DNA of 64,000 nt, taken from IMG/VR virus record IMGVR_UViG_3300044609_000595, positions 32,001 through 96,000 of that record. One strand, given 5' to 3'. This stretch comes from a virus. The first letter of the stretch is position 1. Every line of letters starts with the position of its first letter. Made by a program: the position numbers and the translations under genes. Below the pieces are notes generated by a model. The model ran no database searches. It had not been told where the DNA came from and worked only from the letters and a program-made list of their open reading frames with translations. This document shows positions 27,701-37,173 of the stretch, in pieces.

Positions 27701-28472
27701 TAAAGGATATTTGATTGTCCCTGGACATGGAGCAGGTGGTGGTGCTCCAGAAGAAAAACGTTTAGTGCAAATGTTAGCACAAAATGCGTACACAAATTTA
27801 AAAGCAAAGCATCCAAATGCAAATATTCAATATGTAAATCCAGATACTATGTTTGGTGATGATGATGCTGGCTGGAACAAGCAAAAAGAATGGTATAAAC
27901 AAAAAGAAAAAGAAGGTTGGGAAATTTTAGAAGTGCATATGGATGCTTCAATGGAATCCAAACAAGGTAAAGGAAGAGGTGTAATTACTTCTAAAGCAGA
28001 ATTAAACCCAGTTGAAAAATATTTTGGTGAAAATTATGGAGCATTTGATAGAGGATTTAGAGATCTTGCTCTTCCTAATAGAGGAGGAAGTATTTTTGAA
28101 TTGGGTAATATGTCTCCTGAATTACAACAATTAGTTAAATCTGGGAAAGTATCTAAAGAACAATTGAATGCTTTAACTGCGCCATTTGAAAGTTCTATTG
28201 CTGCTGGATTAAACTTACAACAATCAATAGCTCCACCAACTCAAAGGCAGCCAGCTCAATCTAAGTATTACTTGAGACAAGGTGCAGATAAAAAAACAGA
28301 TACTCAAATTATTATGATACCCGCTAGTAGTAATGCAGGCAAGGCACTTGAAAAGAATGCAACTACAGAAGGTGTTAGGTTTAGTTATAATAAAAATTAT
28401 AATACGTTCGACACTTCGGAAATACCTTCTTCCACAAGGGCACTTGTGCTGCGTCGTTTAGGTCTTAACTAA
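24762..28472 (+). CDS. Baseplate hub / tape-measure-like protein with M23 peptidase and probable Amidase_3 domains
   Basis: Coiled coil, glycine zipper, HRGIDIA...YGHL...STGAHLHLE (M23), and IVPGHG..E...EVHMDA...FELGNM (amidase-like). Confidence 0.75.
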   Translation: MIPEKAIKPIRKNGRDNTEIAVGTLIAYRVFPHTQEGIQKAKDTIAANDNWLVPSLLPEYYDGIDSDLMVGKENDAIRAITRQLKEFYGISSAGTETAEDTKTPIEPEPVEEIKKPQQRNVNHPKLYPELQKFIKPRYMWGQRGLYDLNFKSDIDKAIYYAGASSKNKQGDMISPNEKKLAIREWIFAVTGLNYRDDYDELKEYRKRILEYIVTGLRTDTIEDDGGELIIPPIYDGPFDEPNQEEDYDEEEEDEEEPEGLDDLLDFVKVEEELPEEKEVAENIEEQIVDAIEADDDEEGDIGSEDDIPDELLQDELDPEFVEQLVVTVNKRKNKPRKPRTGSYVTNTKIFKFLTTNLYKIQGQLDSIDKSLQEQTQLVQANLQVTSGIYENLDIQNEIIGQKLDAILQVFNKQTEISKQFAEDEERRLAEQRLENQVDIAGTETPADLRGKGATGKKRQSKISQYYRRKLLRQAYRKLPKKLRSLRTETRRLQKIPGKISAGIKSSAANRITRILPKKVSNFTNNLRASRAAAQGMGGVSKLKGVGRNIPGIRQALSALEYSERKSAGQSEVQAIAGVGGSLAGAAAGAALGTMLFPGVGTVAGLLIGAAFSAAGSMAGSKIADISTGADKINGEHEVGGLTKPGTAILHGTEAIVDQNIANMQPVDPVGGTILAATTQYINKLGPIGAPIAPMFEQVAAPLAKVYDVPSTLVQANVGGSLPSLQSTIKKVRDKKKKTPEEKLGAIEKDLLETKDPESFADKLLKMLDPEGKFQQLLKNINATTTPTIDGDSLMAEGGYAVEASDVGDKFGDRGGKHRGIDIASSRFTMGTPISIIKPGTVVDVGRLSQGSGDPGGWGNFVVVKHDDGLYSLYGHLSEINAAKGQRLEPSSAGVFPVIGKIGSTGRSTGAHLHLEVGTGWSGGVLTGHMNPLPIVNQLLRGGGNVKKIDRPTGTPVKVEGLGQQGIMGNKNLGQVSGVGNKGYLIVPGHGAGGGAPEEKRLVQMLAQNAYTNLKAKHPNANIQYVNPDTMFGDDDAGWNKQKEWYKQKEKEGWEILEVHMDASMESKQGKGRGVITSKAELNPVEKYFGENYGAFDRGFRDLALPNRGGSIFELGNMSPELQQLVKSGKVSKEQLNALTAPFESSIAAGLNLQQSIAPPTQRQPAQSKYYLRQGADKKTDTQIIMIPASSNAGKALEKNATTEGVRFSYNKNYNTFDTSEIPSSTRALVLRRLGLN

Positions 28473-28496
28473 ATATCAACATAGGAAAGTAATCTA

Positions 28497-31076
28497 ATGG
28501 CAGCAGGAACAGAAACAGCTATAGATACTAGGCAATATAATGGAACCAATTATGTTGGTAACATTGTAGAGAAAATTTTATTAGCTAGACAGTTAGCTAA
28601 AAACGAAAGACAATTTGCTGCTAAACAAGCAGAGCAAGCGGGCACATCATTAGAAGAAGCTGGTATTAAAAGGGGGCACTTTTTCAGAAGAGCTTTAGCA
28701 GGACAATTTGGTGGTAATTATATTGATAAGAAGAAAGAACAACTTAAAAATGTAAATAAAAAATATAAAATAGCAAAACGTATAGGTAAAAATCCAAGAT
28801 CAACTTTAAAATTTATTAAACCTTTACTAGGAAGGAAGGTATCGTCAGCTCAAACAAAAATGTTTAGAGCAAAATTTGATTATGGTTATCAGGATAATAT
28901 TAATAGACCTACACCCCAGAGTCCAATCGTTGGATCTAGAGTAAAGAAGATACAAAAAGCGACTGGTGGCAGAAGTAAAAGAGTTAGTAAAGAAGAGATA
29001 CTATCTACTCTAACTGATATTGTAGATTCTCTAAACAAGACAGCAGAATCTATTGGGAAAACTACAGCGGGAATTTCTGCTGGAATTGTTAGTGCTGCTA
29101 AAGCGCAAGTAGAATTAGTAGAACAATTAAAATTAAGAAATACAACGTTAGAAGATAAGCTTGATCAAATTGCTACTGCTATTTCAAATCAAACACAATC
29201 ACAAAAACGTACAGTAGCAAAGATTACTGCTAAAAAACAAGAAGATAAATTAGAAGCAATTAAAGATATTGCTAAGACAGAAGTTCCTGATGACACTCAA
29301 ACGGAGATTAATGAAACAATATTATCTCAATTATCAGAAAATGTTGAGCCAACTACTAATATTATCAATGCTCCAACAATAGAAAGACCTGCTGGTGGGT
29401 ATCCTTCTTTCTCTAGCATAGCAAAGCCAGGAATGGATATACCACAAGCAGAAACTGGTGGTATTATTTCTGGTCCCGACAGTGGCTATCTTGCCAAGCT
29501 TCATGGCAATGAAATGGTAATCCCCCTTGACAATAATTATACACAGGGAGAACCTAGTGCTATGGATGGCAAGGTAAGACCTAAGCCAAAGAAATTACCT
29601 ACTTACGAAAAAGGTACACCGAAGTCTTCTGTTGGAGGACGATTTGGATTTGGTATTACTAATATGACAGGAATTGCTTCTGGTGGAACAACGCAATCAT
29701 CAGCAATGGCACAACCATTAGTAGATGCTATGTCACTACCAATGATGGCTGCTGGCGGTTCTATTTTAGCTGCTGTTTCTAGACTCACTAGTAGCCTAGG
29801 AAGCGAAGGAGAAAATATTGCTCCAGAGATAGAAAAAATATCAAGACCAATAGCAGATGTATTTGGACTGCCTCAATCAATTGTAAACAAAACTAAACCA
29901 AGTGTCACTGGTAAGCCAGGTGAAGGAAAAGATACTGAAGAAGATGGAGAATCTAAAAAAGATTTGCTAGCTAAAATGATGGATGGTTTTGGTTCATTCC
30001 TTAATAAACTTGGCGAAAGTATTAATACCACACCACCTCCACCACCAGGAGGAACAGCACAACCAGCAGATATTACTGGAAATGAAAAAGAATTATTAAA
30101 AAGATTGATGATTGCCGAAGCTGGTGGTGAAGGAATAGAAGGTATGGCTATGGTTGGTCAATCCGTTTTAAATAGAGCTTCTCTTATTCAATCTGGAACT
30201 GTTGGTGCAGGACAATTTAATGCCGCCAGTGGTAGTGTAACTGATGTTATTCAAGGTAAAAATCAGTATCAACCATATGCAGAAGGAAAACTTAATAGAG
30301 CTTTGTCTGCTGAAGAAAATGCTAGAGCAGAAGAAGCTTATAATTTATTGATGAATATGCCAGAATTTAAAAAAAGAATTAAACAGGCATTTAATTTATC
30401 TGACAGACAAGTTCAATTAGGTGCTGCCTCTACTGGATTTAGAAATTATGATGCTGGTGCTGGTACTGATACATCTCAGCAAGTAAATGAATTTAGAGCA
30501 GGAAGACATACATTTAATACTGCAGGAAACGTTGGATTGAGAACAGCATCTTCTGATGTTAAAGTTGCTCAACCAACTACTACTCAACAAACTTCGCCTG
30601 GAACTGCAACACAATTGGGTCAAGCAATCACAAATAATTATGGATTGCAAGTGGGAGAAGAAAGACAATTTACTCACCCACAATATGGCGTAATTAAAGC
30701 ACATAAAACTACAAAAGGTTTTGATTTTTATAGGGGTGCTGAAAAACTTAACATGGCTCCTTCAAAACCACAAGCAAAAAGTATTGTGGAGTATTTTGAA
30801 TCAACCAATGGAGGTAGAGTTACTACTGGAATCGGTCCTCAAGCATCCATTGCTCCTCCACCAGGAGCAAACAAACAAGTGCAAACAGAAGCTATCGCTC
30901 AAGAGATAGATAGTAAAGCAGGTAGTGCAAATTTTGTTGCCATGATGATGCCAGGACAAACACCTAAGATGGCATCAACTTCACTACCTTCAACTGCAGA
31001 ATCTACTGCTGCATCTCCAGGCACTAATCCTATTTTAAATTCTGGTTTATTCAATTCAGATATAATGGCTACCTAA
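28497..31076 (+). CDS. Baseplate hub / tape-measure-like protein with SleB-type (Hydrolase_2) cell-wall hydrolase domain
   Basis: LMIAEAGGEGIEGMAMVGQSVLNR...VTDVI...QYQP...GRHTF. Confidence 0.72.
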   Translation: MAAGTETAIDTRQYNGTNYVGNIVEKILLARQLAKNERQFAAKQAEQAGTSLEEAGIKRGHFFRRALAGQFGGNYIDKKKEQLKNVNKKYKIAKRIGKNPRSTLKFIKPLLGRKVSSAQTKMFRAKFDYGYQDNINRPTPQSPIVGSRVKKIQKATGGRSKRVSKEEILSTLTDIVDSLNKTAESIGKTTAGISAGIVSAAKAQVELVEQLKLRNTTLEDKLDQIATAISNQTQSQKRTVAKITAKKQEDKLEAIKDIAKTEVPDDTQTEINETILSQLSENVEPTTNIINAPTIERPAGGYPSFSSIAKPGMDIPQAETGGIISGPDSGYLAKLHGNEMVIPLDNNYTQGEPSAMDGKVRPKPKKLPTYEKGTPKSSVGGRFGFGITNMTGIASGGTTQSSAMAQPLVDAMSLPMMAAGGSILAAVSRLTSSLGSEGENIAPEIEKISRPIADVFGLPQSIVNKTKPSVTGKPGEGKDTEEDGESKKDLLAKMMDGFGSFLNKLGESINTTPPPPPGGTAQPADITGNEKELLKRLMIAEAGGEGIEGMAMVGQSVLNRASLIQSGTVGAGQFNAASGSVTDVIQGKNQYQPYAEGKLNRALSAEENARAEEAYNLLMNMPEFKKRIKQAFNLSDRQVQLGAASTGFRNYDAGAGTDTSQQVNEFRAGRHTFNTAGNVGLRTASSDVKVAQPTTTQQTSPGTATQLGQAITNNYGLQVGEERQFTHPQYGVIKAHKTTKGFDFYRGAEKLNMAPSKPQAKSIVEYFESTNGGRVTTGIGPQASIAPPPGANKQVQTEAIAQEIDSKAGSANFVAMMMPGQTPKMASTSLPSTAESTAASPGTNPILNSGLFNSDIMAT

Positions 31077-31077
31077 T

Positions 31078-32511
31078 ATGTCAGAAAAAACACCATACGC
31101 TTCTAGTTTTATATTAAAAAAAGCAAATATAACTGATGTAAAAGGATCTAAAACAGTTGATATCACTGATTTAGTTGTCAGATTTGATTACTTCGAAAAT
31201 ATTTCACTGCCTACTGTGTCCGCTAAGCTAACTTTGGTTGATGCTGGAGCAAACTTGATTGCAAATTTACCTATACAAGGATTTGAAAAGGTAGATCTTG
31301 TCATCGAAGCATCAGATGAGCAGACATATCAATATAAAATGAGAGTATATAAAATTGGAAGTAGATTTACTGGCGATAGATTTCAAACTTATTCGCTAGG
31401 TTTGATTTCTGAAGAAGCATTATTGAATGAAGGTGTTCGTGTAGCAAAAACATTAAAAGGAAAGCCAGATAAAATTGTATCAGATTTACTTAAGCAGTAT
31501 TTAAAAACCAATAAAGATGTCATAGTTGATCCATCTGTCTATAATATTATCTTTAACCCAGGAAAAAAATCTCCATTTAGTATTATTGATAGCATCAAAT
31601 TAAAATCTGTACCTCGTGGAGGAAATGTAGAACCAAAAACTAATAAAAATAAATCTAAATTTAATACAGGTGGCAATAAAACAGATGTAACTTCTTCTGT
31701 TCCACCAATATCAAATTCAGATTACACGAAAACAAAAGGCACTAGTGGCTATATGTTTTTCGAAAATCGTAGAGGATTTATTTTTAAATCAATTGATACA
31801 TTATGTTCCGCAGACAAATACAATGGATCCCCTGCAGTAGCTACGTACATACAGGAAAATAATGACATTGGTGGTCCACCAAATAGAAAAATTATTGACA
31901 TTGATTTTGTTGAAGAAATTGACATTATGACAAAGTTAAGAATGGGAGCATTCTCATCGTTAATTTGTTTTTATAATTACAGCACAGGAAGATACGAAGA
32001 ATATGTTTATTCTCTTGCTGATTCGTATGATAGCATGGGTCATTCTGGATCACAAAAAGGATTGCCTTATGGCCAAAAAGAATTATCTAAGTATCCCACT
32101 CGCATAATGAGTGCTCTTATAGATCATGAAACTTGGTATGATGGTATTGATATAGCGTCACCCGAAAAAGCAGACGGTGCCAATGGTTCGACGACAAACT
32201 TTCCTGACTTTCAAAAACATTACATGTCTCAGTCTATATCAAGAGTCAATTCTTTGGTTAATCAAAAGGTAAAAATTACCGTCACTGGAAATCCTAATTT
32301 AACAGTTGGAGATAAAATTGAAATTAAAATACCAAATCAAATTCCTTCCGCCGATAGAACTCAACAACAATATGATACGGAACATAGTGGAGTTTATTTA
32401 ATTTCAGAAGTTAATCATGTCTTTATTCCTAAGGAAAAATTAACCACAACATTTTTGACATTAATTAGAGACTCATATGGTAGTCCCGATGGTACATCTA
32501 AAGTACAATAA
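31078..32511 (+). CDS. Baseplate hub protein (gp27-like)
   Basis: GYMFFENRRGFIFKSID, VTGNPNLTVGDKI, SGVYLI..VNH, LIRDSYG; directly upstream of gp5. Confidence 0.75.
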   Translation: MSEKTPYASSFILKKANITDVKGSKTVDITDLVVRFDYFENISLPTVSAKLTLVDAGANLIANLPIQGFEKVDLVIEASDEQTYQYKMRVYKIGSRFTGDRFQTYSLGLISEEALLNEGVRVAKTLKGKPDKIVSDLLKQYLKTNKDVIVDPSVYNIIFNPGKKSPFSIIDSIKLKSVPRGGNVEPKTNKNKSKFNTGGNKTDVTSSVPPISNSDYTKTKGTSGYMFFENRRGFIFKSIDTLCSADKYNGSPAVATYIQENNDIGGPPNRKIIDIDFVEEIDIMTKLRMGAFSSLICFYNYSTGRYEEYVYSLADSYDSMGHSGSQKGLPYGQKELSKYPTRIMSALIDHETWYDGIDIASPEKADGANGSTTNFPDFQKHYMSQSISRVNSLVNQKVKITVTGNPNLTVGDKIEIKIPNQIPSADRTQQQYDTEHSGVYLISEVNHVFIPKEKLTTTFLTLIRDSYGSPDGTSKVQ

Positions 32512-32533
32512 ATAAAAATAAAACGTGTGATAT

Positions 32534-35458
32534 ATGGATCAAGCGTTATCATCATTATTTCCTGTACATCAAATAGGTTCTGACGGATTTAATTGGTGGG
32601 TTGGACAAGTAGAGAGCAAGAAAGGAGACGACCCTAAAGAATCTGGTAGGTATCGTGTACGTATTGTAGGTCAGCATCTAAAAGATTGTGATGCCGTTCC
32701 TACTAATGAATTGCCATGGGCAAATGTAATGATGCCCGTCACTACTCCATACACTGATGGATTAACTACGGGAGCTTCTGTTGGTCTCGAACCTGGATGT
32801 TGGGTACTTGGTTTTTATCTTGATAATGATAAACAAAAACCAATTATCATGGGATCAATTGGTCACACAAAATACTCAACAGTTTTAAAAAATATTGATC
32901 CCAATCCATCAGGTAAGTGTAAATCATTTACTACCTTCACATCTAATGAAGTAAAACCACAAGTACACTACCCAACAAAGGCACAGAGTGGTGTTGACAA
33001 AGAAACTAAAGCAAATGTTTCTTCTGCTGGTCCCCCTGCTGCAGATGGCGCTACTAAACCAGATGGTGCTCCCCCAGTTTTGCTAGCTGCTTTATCACAA
33101 TACAGCGAAACAAATCCCATTGGTGGTAAAAGTTGTAACATCATTGCCAATCCTAAATGTGGTCAAGAAAAAAATTTAAAAAATAGTATCACTAATATTA
33201 TAGGTGATCTTCTTGCAGCTAATCAAGCTTCTAGTGGACAACTGGGAGATTATTATGTTAGTAAAGTTACTGGATTTTTGTATGATAAAGTAGAAATTGC
33301 TCGTTATCATATTAGTAGACTTACTAGACTTGTTCGTAGCTTTGTTGCTAGAATTAAAGGAGAAGTTATTAAATATATTCGCAAAGGTGTTGATGAATTA
33401 GTTAAATTAATTATTGGTACTGAAGCAGCCGTCGATGAATTAGGTAATGTAAATACAGGACCACTTGCTGATCCAGAAAAAGCTTTTAAACCAGTAACAC
33501 CAAAAGGAAATAGATTAAAAACAATTAAGAAAATTTTTGATAAAATTTTTGCTCAACTTGGTTGTGCTATCGAAGATTTAACAGATAGAATAACTCAATT
33601 CATAACTGATCTTATCTTTGGATTTTTATCAGATCTTTTTTATCAAGCTACCTGTGCTATAGATACAATTGTTCAGGGTATTTTGAATGAAATACTTTCG
33701 TTGTTTGATGGTCTTATTGCACAAATTTTAGGACCACTTCAAGAACTCTTGGGAGTATTTGCTAACCCTTTAAATTTGATCGGTGGTATTCTTAATAATA
33801 TATTAAGTTTACTAGGCATTTCTTGTTCTGGACCAGCAGCAAACTGCGAAGCTATTCAAAAAAAATGTACTGATTGTGGTCAAAATAAAGAAGATGATTT
33901 AGATAGATTAATTAAAGCTATTGAAGATGGTGCTTTAGATAATGGTGGTGGCGTTTGTGAAGAGGGAAGAACTGTACCTCCAGCAGAACCAACTGAGGTG
34001 GATTTTATCGGCGGTGTGTTTGAAGAATCAACTCCAGATGTAGCAGAAGAACCACCAGGAAATGAAAATACTCCAGATTCTTTCTTCCCTGGTGGTACAG
34101 ACATTGCAGATGATGCTTTCCCAGAAGTAGGAACTCCAGAAGAATATGATGATCCATTTAATGATGATGATTTACCCACTCCATCTGGTGATTCTTTTCC
34201 TGATGCGGACGCAACGGATAATCCATATTATAGTGTAACAGCTGACAAAACTGTAGTAAATGAAGGAGATACTGTAACATTTACTATCAGAACCATTAAT
34301 GTTCCAGTAGGAACAGTACTTAATTACACTTTGTCGGGTGCAAGTATCACCGCATCTGATATTGAAGGTGGAAATTTAACAGGTTCTGTAACAATGTCAA
34401 CCAGTACAGAAGATGTACAGATTACAATTGCAGTAGATGATACTGTAGAAACTACGCCAGAAGCATTAACATTCTCAATTGATGATACAGAAGCTTCCGC
34501 TACGGTTATAATTGATTCTGAATTTGAGTTGGTTCCTGGGATCAATGACAATATTGTATTACAACCAACATATTCTGTGGTTGCTGACAAAGCAAGCTAT
34601 AGTGAAGGCGAAGATATTATCTACACTATTACTACAACTAATGTTACTGATGGAACAGTATTAAATTACACTCTAACTGGTGTTGATATTATTCCAAGTT
34701 TCTTTATTAATAATACATTGTCTGGCTCCTTTATTGTAGAAAATAATACGGCACAAGTAGTTGTTGGTATTGCCGAAAATATTGGATGGACTAATAATTA
34801 TATTCTTTCTTTTATTATTAATAGTACTGGAGCATTTACTGATTCTGTTTTATTAGCTGATGAGAACGCTGTTGTTCCAGGACAAGATACCATTGGAACT
34901 GATGGTGGTATCAAGGAACCTAAAATTGGAAAGCCTGTAGCTGGAACACCTATTACTGATGGTAATGGTTCTATTATTAGTATACCAATTTTAAATCCAG
35001 GTGATCCCTATCAAAAAGCACCTCAAGTTATCATTACTGGAAAGGGATATGGTGCTACTGGAATAGCATTGTTAGATGATAAAGGATACGTATCTGAAAT
35101 AAGAGTGACAAGAACTGGAGCAAATTACAAAGTAAATACTCCAACAGAAAGTAATACTCAATGCATCATAGATTCTTTCACTTTAATTTCTCCTGGTGTT
35201 GGATACGAAACTGCACCAACAGTATACATTAATGGTGATCCGACCATTGCTAAAGCTATTGTTGAAAATGGTTATGTGATTAGTGTAGAAATTGTTGATA
35301 GAAATAAAACATATTTAAGTTTGCCTGAAGTTTTAATCTTGGGAGAGGACGGAGCTGGCGCTAAAGTATTGCCTAATTTATTCTGCCTAGATATACAAGA
35401 ACTTGAACGTAAAGGATACGCCAAGATCGGCACTGGTAAATATATCGATTGTCCATAA
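32534..35458 (+). CDS. gp5: Baseplate hub subunit gp5 (N-terminal OB domain) with Ig/Calx-beta-like repeats
   Basis: GSDGFNWWVGQVE, GRYRVRIVGQH, LPWA, WVLGFYLD..KQKPIIMGS. Confidence 0.85.
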   Translation: MDQALSSLFPVHQIGSDGFNWWVGQVESKKGDDPKESGRYRVRIVGQHLKDCDAVPTNELPWANVMMPVTTPYTDGLTTGASVGLEPGCWVLGFYLDNDKQKPIIMGSIGHTKYSTVLKNIDPNPSGKCKSFTTFTSNEVKPQVHYPTKAQSGVDKETKANVSSAGPPAADGATKPDGAPPVLLAALSQYSETNPIGGKSCNIIANPKCGQEKNLKNSITNIIGDLLAANQASSGQLGDYYVSKVTGFLYDKVEIARYHISRLTRLVRSFVARIKGEVIKYIRKGVDELVKLIIGTEAAVDELGNVNTGPLADPEKAFKPVTPKGNRLKTIKKIFDKIFAQLGCAIEDLTDRITQFITDLIFGFLSDLFYQATCAIDTIVQGILNEILSLFDGLIAQILGPLQELLGVFANPLNLIGGILNNILSLLGISCSGPAANCEAIQKKCTDCGQNKEDDLDRLIKAIEDGALDNGGGVCEEGRTVPPAEPTEVDFIGGVFEESTPDVAEEPPGNENTPDSFFPGGTDIADDAFPEVGTPEEYDDPFNDDDLPTPSGDSFPDADATDNPYYSVTADKTVVNEGDTVTFTIRTINVPVGTVLNYTLSGASITASDIEGGNLTGSVTMSTSTEDVQITIAVDDTVETTPEALTFSIDDTEASATVIIDSEFELVPGINDNIVLQPTYSVVADKASYSEGEDIIYTITTTNVTDGTVLNYTLTGVDIIPSFFINNTLSGSFIVENNTAQVVVGIAENIGWTNNYILSFIINSTGAFTDSVLLADENAVVPGQDTIGTDGGIKEPKIGKPVAGTPITDGNGSIISIPILNPGDPYQKAPQVIITGKGYGATGIALLDDKGYVSEIRVTRTGANYKVNTPTESNTQCIIDSFTLISPGVGYETAPTVYINGDPTIAKAIVENGYVISVEIVDRNKTYLSLPEVLILGEDGAGAKVLPNLFCLDIQELERKGYAKIGTGKYIDCP

Positions 35459-36537
35459 TGAGCAAAAACGTACAAAAGCCTTCGCCAAATCAACAAGATT
35501 TCCAAGCGAAAGGAGCTGCTAGACCAGAAGGAGCTGATGAATTAGAAAAGGGACAGTTTTGTAACGCAGATTTTAATGTCATCACAACCAAACATGGTTG
35601 GACGATGGGAACTTACTCCAATAATGATGGAACATCTGGTTATATTCTTACTAATGGTACATCAATTTTCCATTTTGATACTGCTGGTAACATTATTCTT
35701 TCTACAGGCAAACCTGCTCAAGCTGGTTGTGGTGGCAAAGTAATTATTAGAGCAGAAGATAAACAAGAAAAAGCAAAAACCACAAGCATTCATATCACGG
35801 GAAACGATGACCAAAAGACTCGAAAGCCTGATGGTTCTGGTGGAGAAACTGTAGAAGAGTATCCTCCGTATTCTTTGTTTGTTGAAGGTGACATTGCGAT
35901 TGAATCTCAGGGTGGAGAAGTTGCTATTAAAGGAGATAACATTACTTTAAATGCAACAAATGTACTTACTCTAAGAGCTGGCGAAGCAATTAATCTAGAG
36001 GCTGGTCAAGGAGGAGGAAAAGTTAACGTTCTTGCTGGCGATTATAATATTAATGCTTCATTTTCAAACAACACTATTACTGGTGGGCATTATATTGATA
36101 ACACAGGAGAGACAACAGTTAATCAAGTTGTTCCTGGAACTACAACCTCTATCAATACTTTAGGTGGAGTGAATTATCTTGTTCGTGGTGCATATAACGT
36201 CGGTATTCTTGGAGATTATAACGTAGCAGCAAAAGGAAATATTTTATTTGGTTCTTTGACAGGTGGTTTGGGTACTAGAATTGTCGGCAAATCATATGAA
36301 TTTGTTGGTGGAAATAAAAAAAGTATCATCATGGGTAAACCATTGTCTGGTATAGATCCTCCAACAGAAACATATCAGCAAACTATTTCTGGTGCAGCAG
36401 CAGTTTCGTATGCTCTCAGAACCACTCAAAAAATAGAAAATAAAAGCTTAGGCGGATGGTCTTTGTTAACATCAGGACCAGTAGATATTAAAGGTAGCTT
36501 AGTTACAATCAAAGGAGCTTCTATTTTCCTGAATTGA
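35458..36537 (+). CDS. gp5 C-terminal-like beta-helix spike protein
   Basis: Alternating beta-strand repeats ending ...VTIKGASIFLN; follows gp5. Confidence 0.65.
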   Translation: MSKNVQKPSPNQQDFQAKGAARPEGADELEKGQFCNADFNVITTKHGWTMGTYSNNDGTSGYILTNGTSIFHFDTAGNIILSTGKPAQAGCGGKVIIRAEDKQEKAKTTSIHITGNDDQKTRKPDGSGGETVEEYPPYSLFVEGDIAIESQGGEVAIKGDNITLNATNVLTLRAGEAINLEAGQGGGKVNVLAGDYNINASFSNNTITGGHYIDNTGETTVNQVVPGTTTSINTLGGVNYLVRGAYNVGILGDYNVAAKGNILFGSLTGGLGTRIVGKSYEFVGGNKKSIIMGKPLSGIDPPTETYQQTISGAAAVSYALRTTQKIENKSLGGWSLLTSGPVDIKGSLVTIKGASIFLN

Positions 36538-36604
36538 AATTCAAAACTCAATTACATGAAATCGGGAAAAAAATTCCCAGTAAAAAATCAATAAAAAAGT
36601 TGAG
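36536..36604. repeat. Phased A-tract element, copy 1
   Basis: GAAATTCAAAACTCAATTACATGAAATCGGGAAAAAAATTCCCAGTAAAAAATCAATAAAAAAGTTGAG, similar to 39534-39602. Confidence 0.75.
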
Positions 36605-36665
36605 TATAGTTATCCTGAACCCTGACAGAGCCATCCTACTGAGATTTCTTGGGTTTGTCAAGGGG

Positions 36666-36700
36666 TTGACAGGCCGCCCCTGATGGTGCTACTATAAATA
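36666..36700 (+). promoter_or_regulatory. Sigma70-type promoter overlapping a late promoter
   Basis: TTGACA-18-TACTAT (TG extended) plus TATAAATA at 36693-36700. Confidence 0.75.
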
Positions 36701-36721
36701 CATACACGGGTCGAGGAAACG

Positions 36722-36853
36722 ATGAAAGTTCCAAACTGGCAACACCACAGCAAGAAAGAACAGAAGCGCCACCTCAAGCCCCAAGCATTGAGAGCTGCTA
36801 AAAAGCGTAGGCAGGCACTGAAGAACCTCTTGACAGCAACAGGACGAATATGA
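36722..36853 (+). CDS. Small basic protein (43 aa), not in the ORF track
   Basis: MKVPNWQHHSKKEQKRHLKPQALRAAKKRRQALKNLL...; GAGG RBS. Confidence 0.65.
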   Translation: MKVPNWQHHSKKEQKRHLKPQALRAAKKRRQALKNLLTATGRI

Positions 36854-36877
36854 TACCATAGATCGGTATCTATTCAT

Positions 36878-36949
36878 GGGAATATAGCTTAATGGTTAGA
36901 GCGGGCTCCTTATAAGGGCTTAGTCTGGGTTCAACTCCCAGTATTCCTA
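36878..36949 (+). tRNA. tRNA-Ile(UAU)
   Basis: Cloverleaf with GGGAATA/TATTCCT acceptor, anticodon loop CT-TAT-AA, T loop TTCAACT. Confidence 0.85.
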
Positions 36950-36955
36950 CCTAAT

Positions 36956-37028
36956 GCTGGTTTAGCAATCTGGCGAATGCAATCGACTCATAATCGATGG
37001 GAGGCGAGTTCGATCCTCGCAACCAGCA
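36956..37028 (+). tRNA. tRNA-Met(CAU), elongator type (Ile2 not excluded)
   Basis: GCTGGTT/AACCAGC acceptor, ATCGA-CTCATAA-TCGAT, TTCGATC; lacks initiator hallmarks. Confidence 0.85.
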
Positions 37029-37029
37029 C

Positions 37030-37058
37030 TTGACAATCTCAGCAAACCATGCTATGAT
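37030..37058 (+). promoter_or_regulatory. Sigma70-type promoter before tRNA-Leu
   Basis: TTGACA-17-TATGAT with extended TG. Confidence 0.8.
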
Positions 37059-37071
37059 TGTCAGATACCAC

Positions 37072-37155
37072 GGGGATGTGGTGGAAGTGGTAGACACACC
37101 AGACTTAAAATCTGTTGGGAGTAATCCCGTGGGGGTTCAAGTCCCCCCGTCCCTA
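37072..37155 (+). tRNA. tRNA-Leu(UAA)
   Basis: GGGGATG/CGTCCCT acceptor, CT-TAA-AA loop, long variable arm. Confidence 0.9.
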
Positions 37156-37173
37156 TTATTTTAATAATTGTTT

